Assembly: GCA_945877755.1 (NCBI GenBank)
Contig: CAMCSP010000003.1
Coordinates: 1 to 35,947, forward strand
From: Rickettsia typhi
GTDB taxonomy: Bacteria > Pseudomonadota > Alphaproteobacteria > Rickettsiales > JABSSG01
Reading direction: 5' to 3'
Length of the DNA stretch: 35,947 nucleotides
Shown here: positions 8,627-20,262 of the stretch, one piece after another
Numbering within the stretch: the first letter of the stretch is position 1
Layout: each line of letters opens with the position of its first letter
Translations under genes and position numbers: made by a program
The notes under the pieces: model-generated
The model's database searches: none
The model's input: the letters and a program-made list of their open reading frames with translations, nothing else
Told to the model about the DNA's origin: nothing

Positions 8627-10162
8627 ATGGTTTCAACTGTTAATACATTGACCTTCAAAGGTTTAGACATTATTGATGTGCAAGTCCAAGTGCATATGGC
8701 TAATGGTTTGCCAGCTTTTAACATAGTTGGATTACCGGACAAAACTATTGGTGAATCACGTGAAAGAGTAAGATCAGCGCTTAATAGTTTGGCTTTGTCT
8801 TTGCCACCTAAGCGAATTACGATTAATCTTGCACCTGCTGATTTGATGAAAGAAGGTAGCCATTTTGATGCAGCGATTGCTTGTTGTATATTAGCATCTT
8901 TGAATATTATTCCACAATTAGTTCTACAAGAATATTTGATATTAGGAGAGTTATCTTTAGATGGTAGATTGCTGCCAGTGACTGGTGTTTTGCCAGCGGC
9001 AGTTGGTGCAAATGAACGTAATATGGGGGTAATTTGTCCAGCAGCAAATGGTTCTGAAGCTGCTTGGTCTGGGAATAATTTAATAGTTGCTGCTCCTGAT
9101 TTGTTAGCAATTATTAATCATTTTAAAGGTACGCAATTATTAGCTTTACCAACACCAAACCATAATAAAACTACTACCATAAAACATCTTGATTTAAAAG
9201 ATGTTGTAGGTCAGAAGCTGGCGAAAAGAGCTTTAGAAATTGCAGCAGCTGGCAGGCATCATTTATTAATGTCTGGTCCTCCTGGATCAGGAAAGTCAAT
9301 GATTGCATCACGTTTACCAGGAATTTTACCAGAAATGTTGCCGACAGAAATTCTAGAAACCAGCATGATTACAAGTGTTGCTGGTGAACTTAGTAATGGC
9401 CAGTTAAATACCGCCAGACCATTTAGGGCGCCACATCATTCTTGTTCAATGGTCTCAATGGTTGGTGGTGGTCATAGCAAAAGAATTACACCTGGTGAGA
9501 TTTCTCTTTCTCATAATGGTGTGCTATTTCTGGATGAGTTTCCTGAATTTTCTAGATCTGTTATTGACTCATTAAGACAGCCGATAGAGGTTGGAAAGAT
9601 TTTAATCTCTCGTGCTAATAGTCATGTTACATACCCTGCAAGATTTCAGCTTATTGCAGCAATGAATCCATGCAAATGCGGTTATTTATCTGACCCGTCA
9701 AGAGCTTGTAGCAAAGCGCCAAGGTGTTCTCAAGACTATCAAACTAAAATCTCCGGTCCTATTTTTGACCGAATAGATTTATTTGTTAATGTACCAATAA
9801 TTCCTTCAGTTGAGATTCAGGACGCTAGAAATATCAAGGAAGAAAGTTCAAAGATTGTGGCGGAAAGAGTAAGTAATGCCAGGAAAATTCAAATGGAAAG
9901 ATTTGATGGTTTTGGTATTTTAACTAATTCAGACTTAGATGGAGAATTATTATATGAAATTGCTTCACCAAATTCTGAAGGGTTAGAGCTTTTGAAAAAA
10001 GCTGCAGAAAAATTTAGATTATCTGTGCGTGGTTATAATCGTGTACTGAGAGTGGCAAGAACTATCGCTGATTTGGCTGAGGAGAAAAATGTTAGTAAAA
10101 GTCATATTGCTGAGGCGCTAAGTTATCGTCAAATATATGTCACTCAACTTGTTCACAATTAG
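8627..10162 (+). CDS. comM: YifB/ComM family Mg-chelatase-like AAA+ ATPase
   Basis: IVGLPD..ESRERV, NLAPADL, GPPGSGKS, RPFRAPHHS, LFLDEFPEF, AMNPCKCG. Confidence 0.95.
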   Translation: MVSTVNTLTFKGLDIIDVQVQVHMANGLPAFNIVGLPDKTIGESRERVRSALNSLALSLPPKRITINLAPADLMKEGSHFDAAIACCILASLNIIPQLVLQEYLILGELSLDGRLLPVTGVLPAAVGANERNMGVICPAANGSEAAWSGNNLIVAAPDLLAIINHFKGTQLLALPTPNHNKTTTIKHLDLKDVVGQKLAKRALEIAAAGRHHLLMSGPPGSGKSMIASRLPGILPEMLPTEILETSMITSVAGELSNGQLNTARPFRAPHHSCSMVSMVGGGHSKRITPGEISLSHNGVLFLDEFPEFSRSVIDSLRQPIEVGKILISRANSHVTYPARFQLIAAMNPCKCGYLSDPSRACSKAPRCSQDYQTKISGPIFDRIDLFVNVPIIPSVEIQDARNIKEESSKIVAERVSNARKIQMERFDGFGILTNSDLDGELLYEIASPNSEGLELLKKAAEKFRLSVRGYNRVLRVARTIADLAEEKNVSKSHIAEALSYRQIYVTQLVHN

Positions 10163-10472
10163 AGTCTAGATAGATAGTCTCATCGTTTCTGGCGTAACCA
10201 AGCACTCTCCTAGTTTGTTCGTCTAGCAAATCTATATCCAAGGATTCTGATTTCAGTGCATTAACTCGATTTTCTATGTCTAAACGCTCTGTCCTTAGAA
10301 TTTCGATTTCTTCTTTTAGGATGTTGTGTTTTTTGGAGAAATAAAATAATGATGATATACCACGTTCACCATTTATGGCTTGATATAAGCAATAAAAAAT
10401 TAGCAAAGTGGCGAAAGATACTAGTATAATTTTTTTAAATTGGAATTTTCTTCCTTTTCTTATGGCGTACAT
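10140..10472 (-). CDS. ftsB: Septum formation initiator FtsB/DivIC
   Basis: Single TM helix, GERG, coiled coil, LDIDLLDEQTRRVLGY. Follows eno, as is common in proteobacteria. Confidence 0.85.
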   Translation of the reverse strand: MYAIRKGRKFQFKKIILVSFATLLIFYCLYQAINGERGISSLFYFSKKHNILKEEIEILRTERLDIENRVNALKSESLDIDLLDEQTRRVLGYARNDETIYLDSNCEQVE

Positions 10473-10512
10473 AACAATTATTAATTTTTATATCTTTATA
10501 CTTAATGATATA

Positions 10513-11775
10513 TTAATTATTAAATTTAGCAAACCTTGCTTTGTCACCTAAAAATTCTTCGATGCGAATTAATTCATTATATTTTGCAGTTCGATCTGTT
10601 CTGCTCATAGAGCCAGTCTTAATCTGACCACATTGCGTTGCAACAGAAATATGTGCTATTGTTGTATCTTCAGTTTCACCAGAACGATGTGATAATATTG
10701 TTCGATAGGATGATTTATGAGCGATATCTATTGTTTCCAATGTCTCTGTCAAAGTACCAATCTGGTTTGGTTTGATTAAAACTGCGTTTGCAATATTTTT
10801 GGCAATGTAAGCTCGTAGAATATTTGGATTGCTTACAAACACATCATCACCAACTAGTTGAATTTTATTACCTAATTCTTTAGTAAGTAGTTGCCAGCCA
10901 TCAATATCATCTTCAGACATTGCATCCTCAATTGAGAAAATTGGATATGTATTAGCCAAGTTACTGTAATAACCTACGAGTTGTTTGGATGAGAGTTCTA
11001 GATCCTCTCCTTCTAAAAAATATTTGCCATTTTTGTAAAACTCCGATGCGGCAGCATCTAATGCTAGAGCTACATCCTTACCAGGTATAAATCCTGAATG
11101 CTCAATTGCTTTAATTACATATTCAATTGCTGATGCGCTTGATTTTAGATTTGGAGCAAAACCACCTTCATCACCGACGCTAGTACTGAAGCCATCTTTA
11201 TCCAGTAATGCTTTTAAACTATGAAAGACTTCTGTACCTATTTGTATTGCTTCTTTTATAGAGCTTGCAGCGATTGGCATAATCATAAATTCTTGTATGT
11301 CCAATGCGTTATTAGCATGCGCTCCACCGTTAAGAATATTGATCAAAGGCATTGGCAATAAATTGGCGCTTGGTTGAAGATAAGAAAATAGTGGTTGTTT
11401 TGTGGCATTTGCCGCAGCTTTTGCGATTGCTAAAGAGGTTACAACTATAGCATTTGCACCAAGCCTTGATTTATTTTCGGTTCCATCAAGTTCTATTAGG
11501 AATTTATCAAGTTGAGCTTGTTGTGTTACTTCTTGACCTAGCAAAGCTTTTTTAATTTCAGTATTCACTGCTTTTACTGCTTTTAATACGCCTTTTCCAT
11601 TAAATCTTTTTTGATCACCATCACGTTTTTCAAGAGCTTCTTTTTTACCAGTAGATGCGCCACTTGGCGCTGCAGCTCTACCAAATACTCCTGAATCAAG
11701 ATATACATCAACTTCGATAGTGGGATTGCCTCTACTATCAATAATTTCTCTGCCTATAACATTATTTATTTTCAT
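10513..11775 (-). CDS. eno: Enolase
   Basis: [45 protein letters not shown]. Confidence 0.99.
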   Translation of the reverse strand: MKINNVIGREIIDSRGNPTIEVDVYLDSGVFGRAAAPSGASTGKKEALEKRDGDQKRFNGKGVLKAVKAVNTEIKKALLGQEVTQQAQLDKFLIELDGTENKSRLGANAIVVTSLAIAKAAANATKQPLFSYLQPSANLLPMPLINILNGGAHANNALDIQEFMIMPIAASSIKEAIQIGTEVFHSLKALLDKDGFSTSVGDEGGFAPNLKSSASAIEYVIKAIEHSGFIPGKDVALALDAAASEFYKNGKYFLEGEDLELSSKQLVGYYSNLANTYPIFSIEDAMSEDDIDGWQLLTKELGNKIQLVGDDVFVSNPNILRAYIAKNIANAVLIKPNQIGTLTETLETIDIAHKSSYRTILSHRSGETEDTTIAHISVATQCGQIKTGSMSRTDRTAKYNELIRIEEFLGDKARFAKFNN

Positions 11776-11776
11776 G

Positions 11777-13345
11777 TTATTCCTTAGTTAATGACTTTAT
11801 TAATTTAATAGTTTCATCAATGCCGTATAAGGCGATAAAAGACCCGATCCGAGGGCCTTGTGATTGTCCAAGAAGTATTTCATATATGCGTTGGAAAAAT
11901 TCTCTTAAGTCGCTATAGTTGCTATTTTTACCAATATTATATAATGCATTTTGGATTTCTTGAGCATCGGCATTCTTGTCTAAGCTAGATAGCATACCTA
12001 CTATTTCTTGTAGTATTTTCCGATCATTTTCATCTGGGGTGCGATATATTTTTTTTGATTTTACAAAATCATTATAGTAGCAAATAGCATGGTCCACTAA
12101 CTTATCTAAAAATGAAGCAGATTCTGGATTGGCATTAGGAGAATATTTAGTAATGAATCCCCATAACACTGATTTATCACTTGGGTTACATGCACAGGCT
12201 AAATTAATTAGTAGAGCAAAGCTTAAACCAAAAAACTCATGTTTTATTGGCTTGCCATTATGAATATGCCAGATTGGATTAGACAATTTTGCCGCATCAT
12301 CTTCTTCAAAAAATTTCTGCAAAAATGTTATATACTCATCGACGCTTTTTGGTATCACATCAAAATGCAGACGTTTTGCTTTTTTAGGAGATTGATACAT
12401 ATAAAGAGAAAGACTTTCTGTAGGGGCGTATTTTAACCACTCATCAATTGTTATGCCATTACCTTTAGATTTAGAGATTTTTTTACCTTCATGATCTAAG
12501 AACATTTCATAACATAATTGTTGAGGAGGGATTCCACCGACAATTTTACAAATATCGCTGTACAATGAAGAGTTGGCTAAATGATCTTTGCCATACATTT
12601 CAAAATTTACATCCAACGCTGCCCAGCGTACTCCAAAATCTGGTTTCCATTGTAATTTGCAATGTCCACCAGTAACAGGAATTGTGACTTCTTCTTTTTC
12701 ATTAAGATAAGTTATAGTGCCTACATTTTCGTTTTTCCTAATAATTGGAACATATAAAACTTTTCCCGTTTTAGGGCAAATTGGCAAAAATGGACTATAG
12801 GTTGCCTGTCTTTCCTCGCCAAGAGTTGGAAGCATGAGATTCATGATCTCGTCGTAATGCTTTAATGCTTTTAGTAAGAACTCATCCAAAAATCCATTTT
12901 TATAAAACTCAGTTGCACTATGAAATTCATATTCAAAATTAAACCGATCAAGGAAAGCTGTTAAACGTGCATTCATATGATGGCCATAACTTTGGTGAGT
13001 ACCAAACGGATCTGGCACTGAAGTTAACGGCATTCCTAAATAATCTTTGATTATTTCTGGTTGTGGGATGTTTTCTGGAATTTTTCTTAAACCATCCATA
13101 TCGTCAGATACCACAAATAATTTTGTAGGTATATCTGAGATCAGACTAAACGCATTACGAACCATTACAGTTCTTGCTACTTCACAAAATGTACCAATAT
13201 GTGGTAGCCCAGACGGGCCATATCCTGTTTCAAATAAGACATATCCCTTCTTTGGTATTTTGTTATTCAGCCTGGATAAAATGCTTCTTGCTTCTTCAAA
13301 AGGCCATGAATTATTTTTTAATGCAAGTTCTTTAATATCTGTCAT
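11777..13345 (-). CDS. lysS: Lysine--tRNA ligase, class I
   Basis: [43 protein letters not shown]. Confidence 0.97.
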   Translation of the reverse strand: MTDIKELALKNNSWPFEEARSILSRLNNKIPKKGYVLFETGYGPSGLPHIGTFCEVARTVMVRNAFSLISDIPTKLFVVSDDMDGLRKIPENIPQPEIIKDYLGMPLTSVPDPFGTHQSYGHHMNARLTAFLDRFNFEYEFHSATEFYKNGFLDEFLLKALKHYDEIMNLMLPTLGEERQATYSPFLPICPKTGKVLYVPIIRKNENVGTITYLNEKEEVTIPVTGGHCKLQWKPDFGVRWAALDVNFEMYGKDHLANSSLYSDICKIVGGIPPQQLCYEMFLDHEGKKISKSKGNGITIDEWLKYAPTESLSLYMYQSPKKAKRLHFDVIPKSVDEYITFLQKFFEEDDAAKLSNPIWHIHNGKPIKHEFFGLSFALLINLACACNPSDKSVLWGFITKYSPNANPESASFLDKLVDHAICYYNDFVKSKKIYRTPDENDRKILQEIVGMLSSLDKNADAQEIQNALYNIGKNSNYSDLREFFQRIYEILLGQSQGPRIGSFIALYGIDETIKLIKSLTKE

Positions 13346-13410
13346 AATCCATTATATTATTTTAATGCTCATCACTTTATATAATAATTAGGCAAAATTA
13401 GCAAAGCAAA

Positions 13411-13929
13411 ATGCTCACTAAATTCTCAATATCACAATTATGCATTGGATTAGTTATATTAAGTCTAGGAGCCTTAGGCGCCGCATTTATTGCAGAATAT
13501 GTGTTTATGATTGCTCCATGCAAGCTGTGTATCTACCAAAGATATACTTACTTGGTCTTAGCAATAATTTCTACTATAACGCTTTGTTTTAGATTGGCTT
13601 TTGTTCAGAGATTTCTACTGCTTTGTGCTGTTGTAATAGTTTTGGTTGGATGCCTAACAGCTTTTTACCATGTGGGTGTTGAGCAGCAAATCTTTACCGA
13701 ACCCTTTTCTTGCACGTCTTCTATCAATGAATCATCATTGCTGACTTTAGAAGAAATGAAAAATCAAATTTATAATAAAACACCGCAGTGTAGTGAAGTT
13801 AGTTTTAGTTTTCTGGGAATCTCAATGGCGGGTTGGAATGGAATATTATTGTTGACCATCTTCATATTATTGGTGAGGTATTTATATGCCACTAATTTAA
13901 TGAATAATGTGAGAAAATATGCAAAATAA
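13411..13929 (+). CDS. dsbB: Disulfide bond formation protein DsbB family
   Basis: PCKLCIYQR, YHVGVE, second Cys pair, LGISMAGWN, four TM helices. Confidence 0.9.
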   Translation: MLTKFSISQLCIGLVILSLGALGAAFIAEYVFMIAPCKLCIYQRYTYLVLAIISTITLCFRLAFVQRFLLLCAVVIVLVGCLTAFYHVGVEQQIFTEPFSCTSSINESSLLTLEEMKNQIYNKTPQCSEVSFSFLGISMAGWNGILLLTIFILLVRYLYATNLMNNVRKYAK

Positions 13930-15058
13930 AAGTAAACCTACAGTTCTACAAGTTCTGCCATCATTAGTTACTGGTGGTGTTGAGCGCGGAACTATGGATA
14001 TTGCAAAAGCATTGGTGGATAATGGTTTTCGTTCCTTGGTTGTTTCATCTGGTGGACCACTCGTAAAATCTATAGAGCGTGATGGCTCTAAGCACATTAC
14101 TATGACTTTAAATACTAAAAATCCTTGGCGGATTTTTAGTAATATATCAAAATTAGTAGAATTAATCAAAAAGGAAAAGGTGGATATTGTTCACGCTAGG
14201 TCTCGTGCACCTGCCTGGAGTGCATATTTTGCTGCGAAGAAAACTGGTTGTAAATTTATAACTACTTTTCATGGGTCCTACGGGATGCAAAATAGTATTA
14301 AAAAACTCTACAACTCAGTTATGGTTAAGGGAGAAAAGATTATTGCTGTATCTGAATTTATTTCAGATTATATTTGTAAGTATTATCCTGATGTATCTAA
14401 GAAAAAGATTGCAGTTATTCATAGGGGAGTTGATACAAAAGTTTTTGATCCTAATAATATTGGTTTTGAAAGAATAAATATTTTAGCAAGGAAGTTTAGA
14501 ATACCCGATGACAAAGTCATTATAATTATGCCAGTGCGTTTTACAAGATGGAAGGGACATTTAGTATTAATACGAGCGCTTGCGACTTTAAGCAAAAAGC
14601 AATTTTATTGTATAATTGTGGGTGATGTTCAAAATAATCTGAATTATTACAATGAAATGTTAGAATTAATGGGTGAGTTTGGTTTGGACAATAATATTGC
14701 ATTTGCTGGGGCTGTTAGGGATATGCCGGCATTATATATGATATCAGACATTGTTGTGGTTCCTTCAACTAGACCAGAGGCTTTTGGTCGAATTTCGATT
14801 GAGACTCAAGCAATGGCAAAAATCATTATTGCAACTGATATTGGTGGTTTTAAAGAAACTATTATTGGTCAGGAGAATGGTTTTATAGTGCCGCCTAATG
14901 ATAGTACGGCATTGGCAAAGGCAATTAGAAAGGCAATGAGTTTAACAGTAAAGCAAAGACAAAAGATGGGTGCTAATGCTCGTCATTTTATAAAGGAAAA
15001 ATTTAGTCTAGATAGTATGATCAAGAAGACTTTGGATCAGTATAAAAAATTGCTATAG
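13919..15058 (+). CDS. GT4-family glycosyltransferase
   Basis: GGVERGT, HARSRAPAW, TTFHG, EAFGRISIETQA. Confidence 0.92.
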   Translation: MQNKSKPTVLQVLPSLVTGGVERGTMDIAKALVDNGFRSLVVSSGGPLVKSIERDGSKHITMTLNTKNPWRIFSNISKLVELIKKEKVDIVHARSRAPAWSAYFAAKKTGCKFITTFHGSYGMQNSIKKLYNSVMVKGEKIIAVSEFISDYICKYYPDVSKKKIAVIHRGVDTKVFDPNNIGFERINILARKFRIPDDKVIIIMPVRFTRWKGHLVLIRALATLSKKQFYCIIVGDVQNNLNYYNEMLELMGEFGLDNNIAFAGAVRDMPALYMISDIVVVPSTRPEAFGRISIETQAMAKIIIATDIGGFKETIIGQENGFIVPPNDSTALAKAIRKAMSLTVKQRQKMGANARHFIKEKFSLDSMIKKTLDQYKKLL

Positions 15059-15295
15059 ACCTTCTTCAGTAGAAATTGATCCATCAGCTTTTTGAACTAT
15101 CTTTTCTACCACTAATTTGGCTTCTCTCAATTTTGTTTCGCAATAGCTTTTTAAAGCATTGCCGCGTTCGTAATATTTGATAGTAGCTTCAAGACTCTCT
15201 TGACCAGTTTCAATTTTACGTACTATTTCTTGCAGTTCAGCTAAGGCTTTCTCAAAAGACATGTCTTTGAGGTCGTTGTGATCATTTGAAACCAT
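15053..15295 (-). CDS. xseB: Exodeoxyribonuclease VII small subunit
   Basis: SFEKALAELQEIVRKIETG..LE..YERG..L...C...L..A. Confidence 0.95.
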   Translation of the reverse strand: MVSNDHNDLKDMSFEKALAELQEIVRKIETGQESLEATIKYYERGNALKSYCETKLREAKLVVEKIVQKADGSISTEEGL

Positions 15296-15379
15296 TGGAG
15301 CTACCTTTTATCAATTAAACTTGATATAACTATTGGTTAATATATACTATAATTCAACTAATTGCCAAGGATCTATTTT

Positions 15380-15661
15380 ATGAAAGCAGTTATATATAGC
15401 CCTACAAAATCTGCAATGCAGTCTGGAACGCGCAATACTAAACATTGGGAAATCAAATTTAACAATGATGGCAGTAGGTATATTGATCCATTGATGGGTT
15501 GGACAGCATCACGCGACATGTTACAAGAAGTGCAGCTAAAATTTGATAGTAAAGAAGAGGCTATTGCTTTTGCTGAGGAAAATAATATTCGATACGAAGT
15601 TCTTGAGCCAAAGTTTAAAAAAGTTTTGCCCAAGGCTTATGCTGATAATTTTACCAACTAG
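15380..15661 (+). CDS. ETC complex I accessory subunit (NDUFS4-like)
   Basis: IYSPTKSAMQSG, DPLMGWT, LKFDSKEEAIAFA, YADNF. ATG at 15380 preferred. Confidence 0.92.
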   Translation: MKAVIYSPTKSAMQSGTRNTKHWEIKFNNDGSRYIDPLMGWTASRDMLQEVQLKFDSKEEAIAFAEENNIRYEVLEPKFKKVLPKAYADNFTN

Positions 15662-15670
15662 TAAAAGATC

Positions 15671-17794
15671 TTGTTAGAATTAGATACACATCTTGAAAAC
15701 CTAAATAATGCTCAGGCTGAAGCTGTGCATAATTTCGACACGCCTTTGTTGGTTTTAGCCGGGGCTGGAACTGGGAAAACCCGAGTAATTGTTAGCAAAA
15801 TTGCTCAAATTATTAAGTCAGGGCTTGCTTGGCCTAATGAGATTCTAGCAGTAACATTCACCAACAAAGCTGCTAAAGAAATGCACGAGCGCATTGCTAA
15901 ATTGGTGACTTTATCAGAGCCTGGAAGATGGTTTGGAACTTTCCATGCAATTGCTGCCAAGATTCTAAAAATCAATTGCGATCTAGTTGGGCTGACTAAC
16001 AATTTTCTTATCATTGACTATGATGATCAGATTAAACTGATCAAATCGCTGTTATCTGAACAGAATATTGATCCACAGAAATATCCTCCTAAATTATTAC
16101 TGGCAATAATTAATGGCTGGAAAGATCAAGCTTTAGCGCCAGAGAAGATTACTAATGCAGATGCTAAATTTCCCGCTGAGCAAATAGCCAAGGATTTATA
16201 CAAATTATATCAGAATCGGCTGTTATCAAATAATATGGTAGATTTTGGGGATCTGTTATTACATAATTTAACTATCTTTATCAAACACCCTGCAATTTTG
16301 GAAGGCTATCAAAATCGGTTTAAATATATTTTAGTGGATGAATATCAAGATACTAACGTGGCTCAATATTTATGGTTACGAATCCTGGCACAAAAAAATA
16401 ATAATATTTGTTGTGTTGGTGATGATGATCAATCGATATATGGTTGGCGTGGTGCTAAAATAGAAAATATTTTGCGTTTCGAGAAAGATTTTCCTGGAGC
16501 ATCTGTAGTTAAATTAGAACAAAATTATCGTTCCACAAAATATATCTTGCAAGCTGCTACTGCTTTAATTTCCAATAATTCTAATCGATATACAAAGATT
16601 TTATGGACCAGTGATGATCATGGTCATAAATTAGTGGTTAATTCTTTCTGGAACGATTTAGAAGAAGCTAAATACATTGCATATCAGATTAAGCAAAAAG
16701 CCTATACTTTCTATCAACCATGTGACATCAGTACCTTAGTAAGAGCTGGGTTTCAAACACGTGTTATTGAAGAAGCATTTATTGCTCAAAGCATCCCATA
16801 CACAGTTATTGGTAATATGAAATTCTATGAGCGGATGGAAATAAAAGACATCATCGCTTATATTCGCTTGGCAGTAAATCATAATGATAATTTGGCATTT
16901 GAGCGAATAATCAACAAGCCTAAAAGAGGTGTTGGTGAAAGTGCAATTGCAAAATTAAAACAATATGCTTCGCAAAATAATTGTTCGTTGTTGAAATCGG
17001 TTAACATTATGCTTTTGCAAGAACCTGGTAAAACTCAACTGAAAACAAACTTGCTGGAATTTTCAAATTTGGTTCACAAATGGCATGATCTTTTTGCAAG
17101 TCTTAGTCATACCAGTGTTGTTGAAACTATTATTTCTGACATCAATTATATCCAAATGCTAGAGTCTGAAAAATTATCTAAAGATGATGCCATCAATCGC
17201 ATCGATAACATCAATGAATTGTTAAAAGCTTTAGAAGATTTTGAGACTATTGGCGATTTTTTGGAGCATATTAGCTTAGTGGCAAATAACGATCAAGCTA
17301 CTACCAATCATCAAGTTAATATCATGACTTTACATGCGGCAAAAGGTCTGGAGTTTGATCTGGTGTTTTTACCAGGATGGGAAGAAGGTTTATTTCCAAA
17401 TAGCAAGACTTTAGATGAAAACGGTAATAGTGGTTTAGAAGAAGAACGAAGACTTGCTTATGTTGGCATTACCCGCGCCAGAAAAGAAGTACATATTAGC
17501 GCCGCCCAAAGTCGTAGAATGTATAATCAATGGCAACATAACGCACCCTCAAGATTTATCAAAGAGTTACCTGCTGATTGTTGTGATTTTTCTAAATCTG
17601 CGGAAGTTGAACAACCAAGAAATGAATATGTTAGCAGTCCTAGCAACAGTAAATTTTCGATTAATCAAAAAGTTTCTCATCAGAAATTTGGTGAAGGTTA
17701 TATAGTTAAACTTGAAGGTAATGCTGCGGATGTATTTTTTGATGGTTTAGGAACAAAGAAAATTATGCTAAGCTTTTTGGAACATGCTCAATAA
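15671..17794 (+). CDS. uvrD: ATP-dependent DNA helicase UvrD/PcrA
   Basis: LAGAGTGKT, TFTNKAA, DEYQD, VGDDDQSIY, LEQNYRS, TLHAAKGLEF, EERRLAYV, C-terminal HQKFGEG. TTG start. Confidence 0.96.
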   Translation: MLELDTHLENLNNAQAEAVHNFDTPLLVLAGAGTGKTRVIVSKIAQIIKSGLAWPNEILAVTFTNKAAKEMHERIAKLVTLSEPGRWFGTFHAIAAKILKINCDLVGLTNNFLIIDYDDQIKLIKSLLSEQNIDPQKYPPKLLLAIINGWKDQALAPEKITNADAKFPAEQIAKDLYKLYQNRLLSNNMVDFGDLLLHNLTIFIKHPAILEGYQNRFKYILVDEYQDTNVAQYLWLRILAQKNNNICCVGDDDQSIYGWRGAKIENILRFEKDFPGASVVKLEQNYRSTKYILQAATALISNNSNRYTKILWTSDDHGHKLVVNSFWNDLEEAKYIAYQIKQKAYTFYQPCDISTLVRAGFQTRVIEEAFIAQSIPYTVIGNMKFYERMEIKDIIAYIRLAVNHNDNLAFERIINKPKRGVGESAIAKLKQYASQNNCSLLKSVNIMLLQEPGKTQLKTNLLEFSNLVHKWHDLFASLSHTSVVETIISDINYIQMLESEKLSKDDAINRIDNINELLKALEDFETIGDFLEHISLVANNDQATTNHQVNIMTLHAAKGLEFDLVFLPGWEEGLFPNSKTLDENGNSGLEEERRLAYVGITRARKEVHISAAQSRRMYNQWQHNAPSRFIKELPADCCDFSKSAEVEQPRNEYVSSPSNSKFSINQKVSHQKFGEGYIVKLEGNAADVFFDGLGTKKIMLSFLEHAQ

Positions 17795-17814
17795 CTAATA
17801 ATAGGAAAGTGAGA

Positions 17815-18243
17815 ATGACAAATATAGCAATTGCTTCTGATCACAGAGGGTTGAAATTAAAAAATTATATCCTGGATTACTTAGTGCAATATCAGCATCA
17901 TGTGTGTGATTTTGGTTGTTCTACGGATGATTCAGTTGATTATCCAGATTTTGCCAAGTTGGTAGTTGATTCTATTGTTGCTGATCAGCATGAAATCGGT
18001 ATTTTAATATGTGGAACTGGCATTGGCATGTCTATCGCTGCTAACAGAAATCCAAAAATTCGTGCAGTGCTTTGTCATAGCTCTGAATATGCAAAAATGG
18101 CAAGATTGCATAATGATGCCAATGTTATTATTTTTGGTGCAGACTTTATTTCTACCGAAGAAGCTATTGAATTTTTAAAAGTTTTTCTTGATACTGAATT
18201 TGAAGGTGGCCGCCACCAGAAACGCTTGGATAAGTTATCCTAG
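17815..18243 (+). CDS. rpiB: Ribose-5-phosphate isomerase B
   Basis: ASDHRG, VDYPD, CGTGIGMSIAANR, HNDANV, FEGGRH. Alternative GTG start at 17809. Confidence 0.96.
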   Translation: MTNIAIASDHRGLKLKNYILDYLVQYQHHVCDFGCSTDDSVDYPDFAKLVVDSIVADQHEIGILICGTGIGMSIAANRNPKIRAVLCHSSEYAKMARLHNDANVIIFGADFISTEEAIEFLKVFLDTEFEGGRHQKRLDKLS

Positions 18244-18324
18244 TTTTGGTAAGCAGTTGCTTTTCATAACTATTTATTATATAAGTGAGTAGTAAATTAA
18301 CCTATCATATTACTTGAGGTTGGC

Positions 18325-19611
18325 ATGCCAAAATCCATCCATAATTTTTTTACTTCTGATCTATCTGTTGTCGATCCAGAAATAAACGTAATTGTTGGTG
18401 ACGAGTTAAAACGTCAGCAAAATCAGGTAGAGTTAATTGCTTCAGAAAATTTCACTAGCCACGCGGTGCTGATGGCTCAAGGATCGATTCTCACTAATAA
18501 ATATGCTGAAGGTTATCCGCATAAAAGATATTATGGTGGTTGTGAGGTTGTTGATAAGGCTGAAATTTTAGCGATAGAAAGAGCAAAAAAATTATTTGGA
18601 TGTAATTTCGCCAATGTTCAACCTCATTCTGGCTCACAAGCAAACCAAGCAGTTTTTTTGGCATTGTTAAATCCTGGGGATGTAGTTTTGGGAATGTCAC
18701 TTGCTGCTGGTGGTCATTTAACTCACGGTGCTGGTCCAAATATGTCTGGCAAATGGTTTAAAGTCGTCCAATATGGTGTAAAATTAGAAGATGGCTTAAT
18801 CGATTATGAGCAACTGCATCAGCTCGCCAAAGAACATAAACCAAAATTGATTATTGCTGGTGGTTCGTCGTATCCAAGAGTAATTGACTTTGAAAGATTC
18901 AGAAAAATTGCTGATGAAGTTGGCGCTTTTTTCTTAGCAGACATTGCACATTATGCTGGTTTAATTGCTTCAGGCTTATATCCAAATCCATTTCCACATG
19001 CACATATTGCAACAACTACTACACATAAAACTTTGCGTGGCCCAAGAGGCGGCATGATCCTTTCTTTGGAGGAAGATATTGCAAAGAAAATTAACTCAGC
19101 AATATTCCCTGGGTTACAAGGTGGGCCTTTAATGCATGTGATTGCTGGCAAGGCTGTAGCTTTTGGTGAGGCATTACAGCCAGAATTTAAGCAATATTCT
19201 CAAAATGTAATTAATAATGCAATAGTTTTAGGAAAAACTCTCAAAGATGCTGGTTATGATTTGGTTACTGGTGGAACAGATTGTCATTTATTATTGGTTG
19301 ATTTGCGCAGTAAAAACCTAACAGGAAAAGCTTCAGAAGCTAGTTTAGAACGCGCTGGTTTAACTTGTAACAAGAATGCAGTGCCGTTTGATCAATTATC
19401 ACCTTTTGTCACTTCTGGTATTAGAATTGGCACGCCAGCTGGTACAACTAGAGGTTTTGGTGAAGCGGAATTTAAAGAAATTGGTTCATTAATTGCCCAA
19501 GTTCTTGATGGGCTGATATCAAATCCTGAAGATAATTCAGTTATAGAAAACCAAGTTCTAAAGCAGTCATATGCTTTGTGTCAGAAATTTCCAATATATA
19601 GTTCTAGGTAA
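18325..19611 (+). CDS. glyA: Serine hydroxymethyltransferase
   Basis: [35 protein letters not shown]. Confidence 0.99.
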   Translation: MPKSIHNFFTSDLSVVDPEINVIVGDELKRQQNQVELIASENFTSHAVLMAQGSILTNKYAEGYPHKRYYGGCEVVDKAEILAIERAKKLFGCNFANVQPHSGSQANQAVFLALLNPGDVVLGMSLAAGGHLTHGAGPNMSGKWFKVVQYGVKLEDGLIDYEQLHQLAKEHKPKLIIAGGSSYPRVIDFERFRKIADEVGAFFLADIAHYAGLIASGLYPNPFPHAHIATTTTHKTLRGPRGGMILSLEEDIAKKINSAIFPGLQGGPLMHVIAGKAVAFGEALQPEFKQYSQNVINNAIVLGKTLKDAGYDLVTGGTDCHLLLVDLRSKNLTGKASEASLERAGLTCNKNAVPFDQLSPFVTSGIRIGTPAGTTRGFGEAEFKEIGSLIAQVLDGLISNPEDNSVIENQVLKQSYALCQKFPIYSSR

Positions 19612-19615
19612 TTTT

Positions 19616-20068
19616 ATGCGCTGCCCCTTTTGTGGAACTTTAGACACTCAAGTAAAAGATTCGAGACAAAGCGAAGACGGTAGGTCGATAAAACGCCGTC
19701 GCTATTGCGTTAACTGTCATTCAAGATTTACTACGTTTGAGCGAATCGAATTACGCGAATTAACTGTGATTAAAAAAGATGGTGCGCGAAGACTTTTCGA
19801 TAGAGAGAAAATTCTGCGCGCTATAAATTTAGCAGTTAGGAAAAGACCAATTACAGCTGAGCAGATAGATTTGCTGATTGATAATATGGTACAGAAAATC
19901 GAAAAAGCTGGTGAAAGCGAAATCCATAGCAATTTTATAGGAGAGCAAATTATGCTTGAACTTGCCAAGCTTGATCAAGTTGCGTATGTACGCTTTGCAT
20001 CGGTTTATCATGACTTTTCCGAGGCAAAAGACTTTGAGAATTTCTTGAGTAAGCTTCGCAACGGCTAA
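19616..20068 (+). CDS. nrdR: Transcriptional repressor NrdR
   Basis: MRCPFC..KDSR..RRRYCVNC..RFTTFE, ATP cone, VAYVRFASVY. Start at ATG 19616 rather than 19571. Confidence 0.97.
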   Translation: MRCPFCGTLDTQVKDSRQSEDGRSIKRRRYCVNCHSRFTTFERIELRELTVIKKDGARRLFDREKILRAINLAVRKRPITAEQIDLLIDNMVQKIEKAGESEIHSNFIGEQIMLELAKLDQVAYVRFASVYHDFSEAKDFENFLSKLRNG

Positions 20069-20077
20069 TTTTGGGAG

Positions 20078-20105
20078 TTGTTTAAATACAAAATTATGTT
20101 ATAAT
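20078..20105 (+). promoter_or_regulatory. Putative extended -10 sigma70 promoter for the DAACS transporter
   Basis: TTGTTT (20078-20083), 16 nt, TATAAT (20100-20105) preceded by TGn. Confidence 0.55.
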
Positions 20106-20144
20106 GCAAACATATCTTTGCGTTAACTAAAATTATTAAATGAA

Positions 20145-20207
20145 GTGTTAAAAGTTAATTATATAGTCTTATTCCTTACTACCAACACTACCGGTTTGGT
20201 CTGGTAA
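20145..20207 (+). other. Putative leader-peptide ORF (VLKVNYIVLFLTTNTTGLVW*)
   Basis: GTG..TAA, 20 codons, 13 of them Val/Leu/Ile/Thr. Lies between the promoter and the transporter. SD is weak. Confidence 0.3.
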
Positions 20208-20262
20208 TCATTTCGCACACCCATTTTATTCATTATTATTTAATTCAATTTAGGAAAAGATT

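Noticed and set aside
18244-18324. Possible riboswitch (ZTP, glycine or THF) before glyA
   Set aside because: 81-nt AT-rich spacer with none of the consensus blocks.
19571-19615. N-terminal extension of NrdR in the ORF track
   Set aside because: Overlaps glyA; the family starts at MRCPFC (19616).
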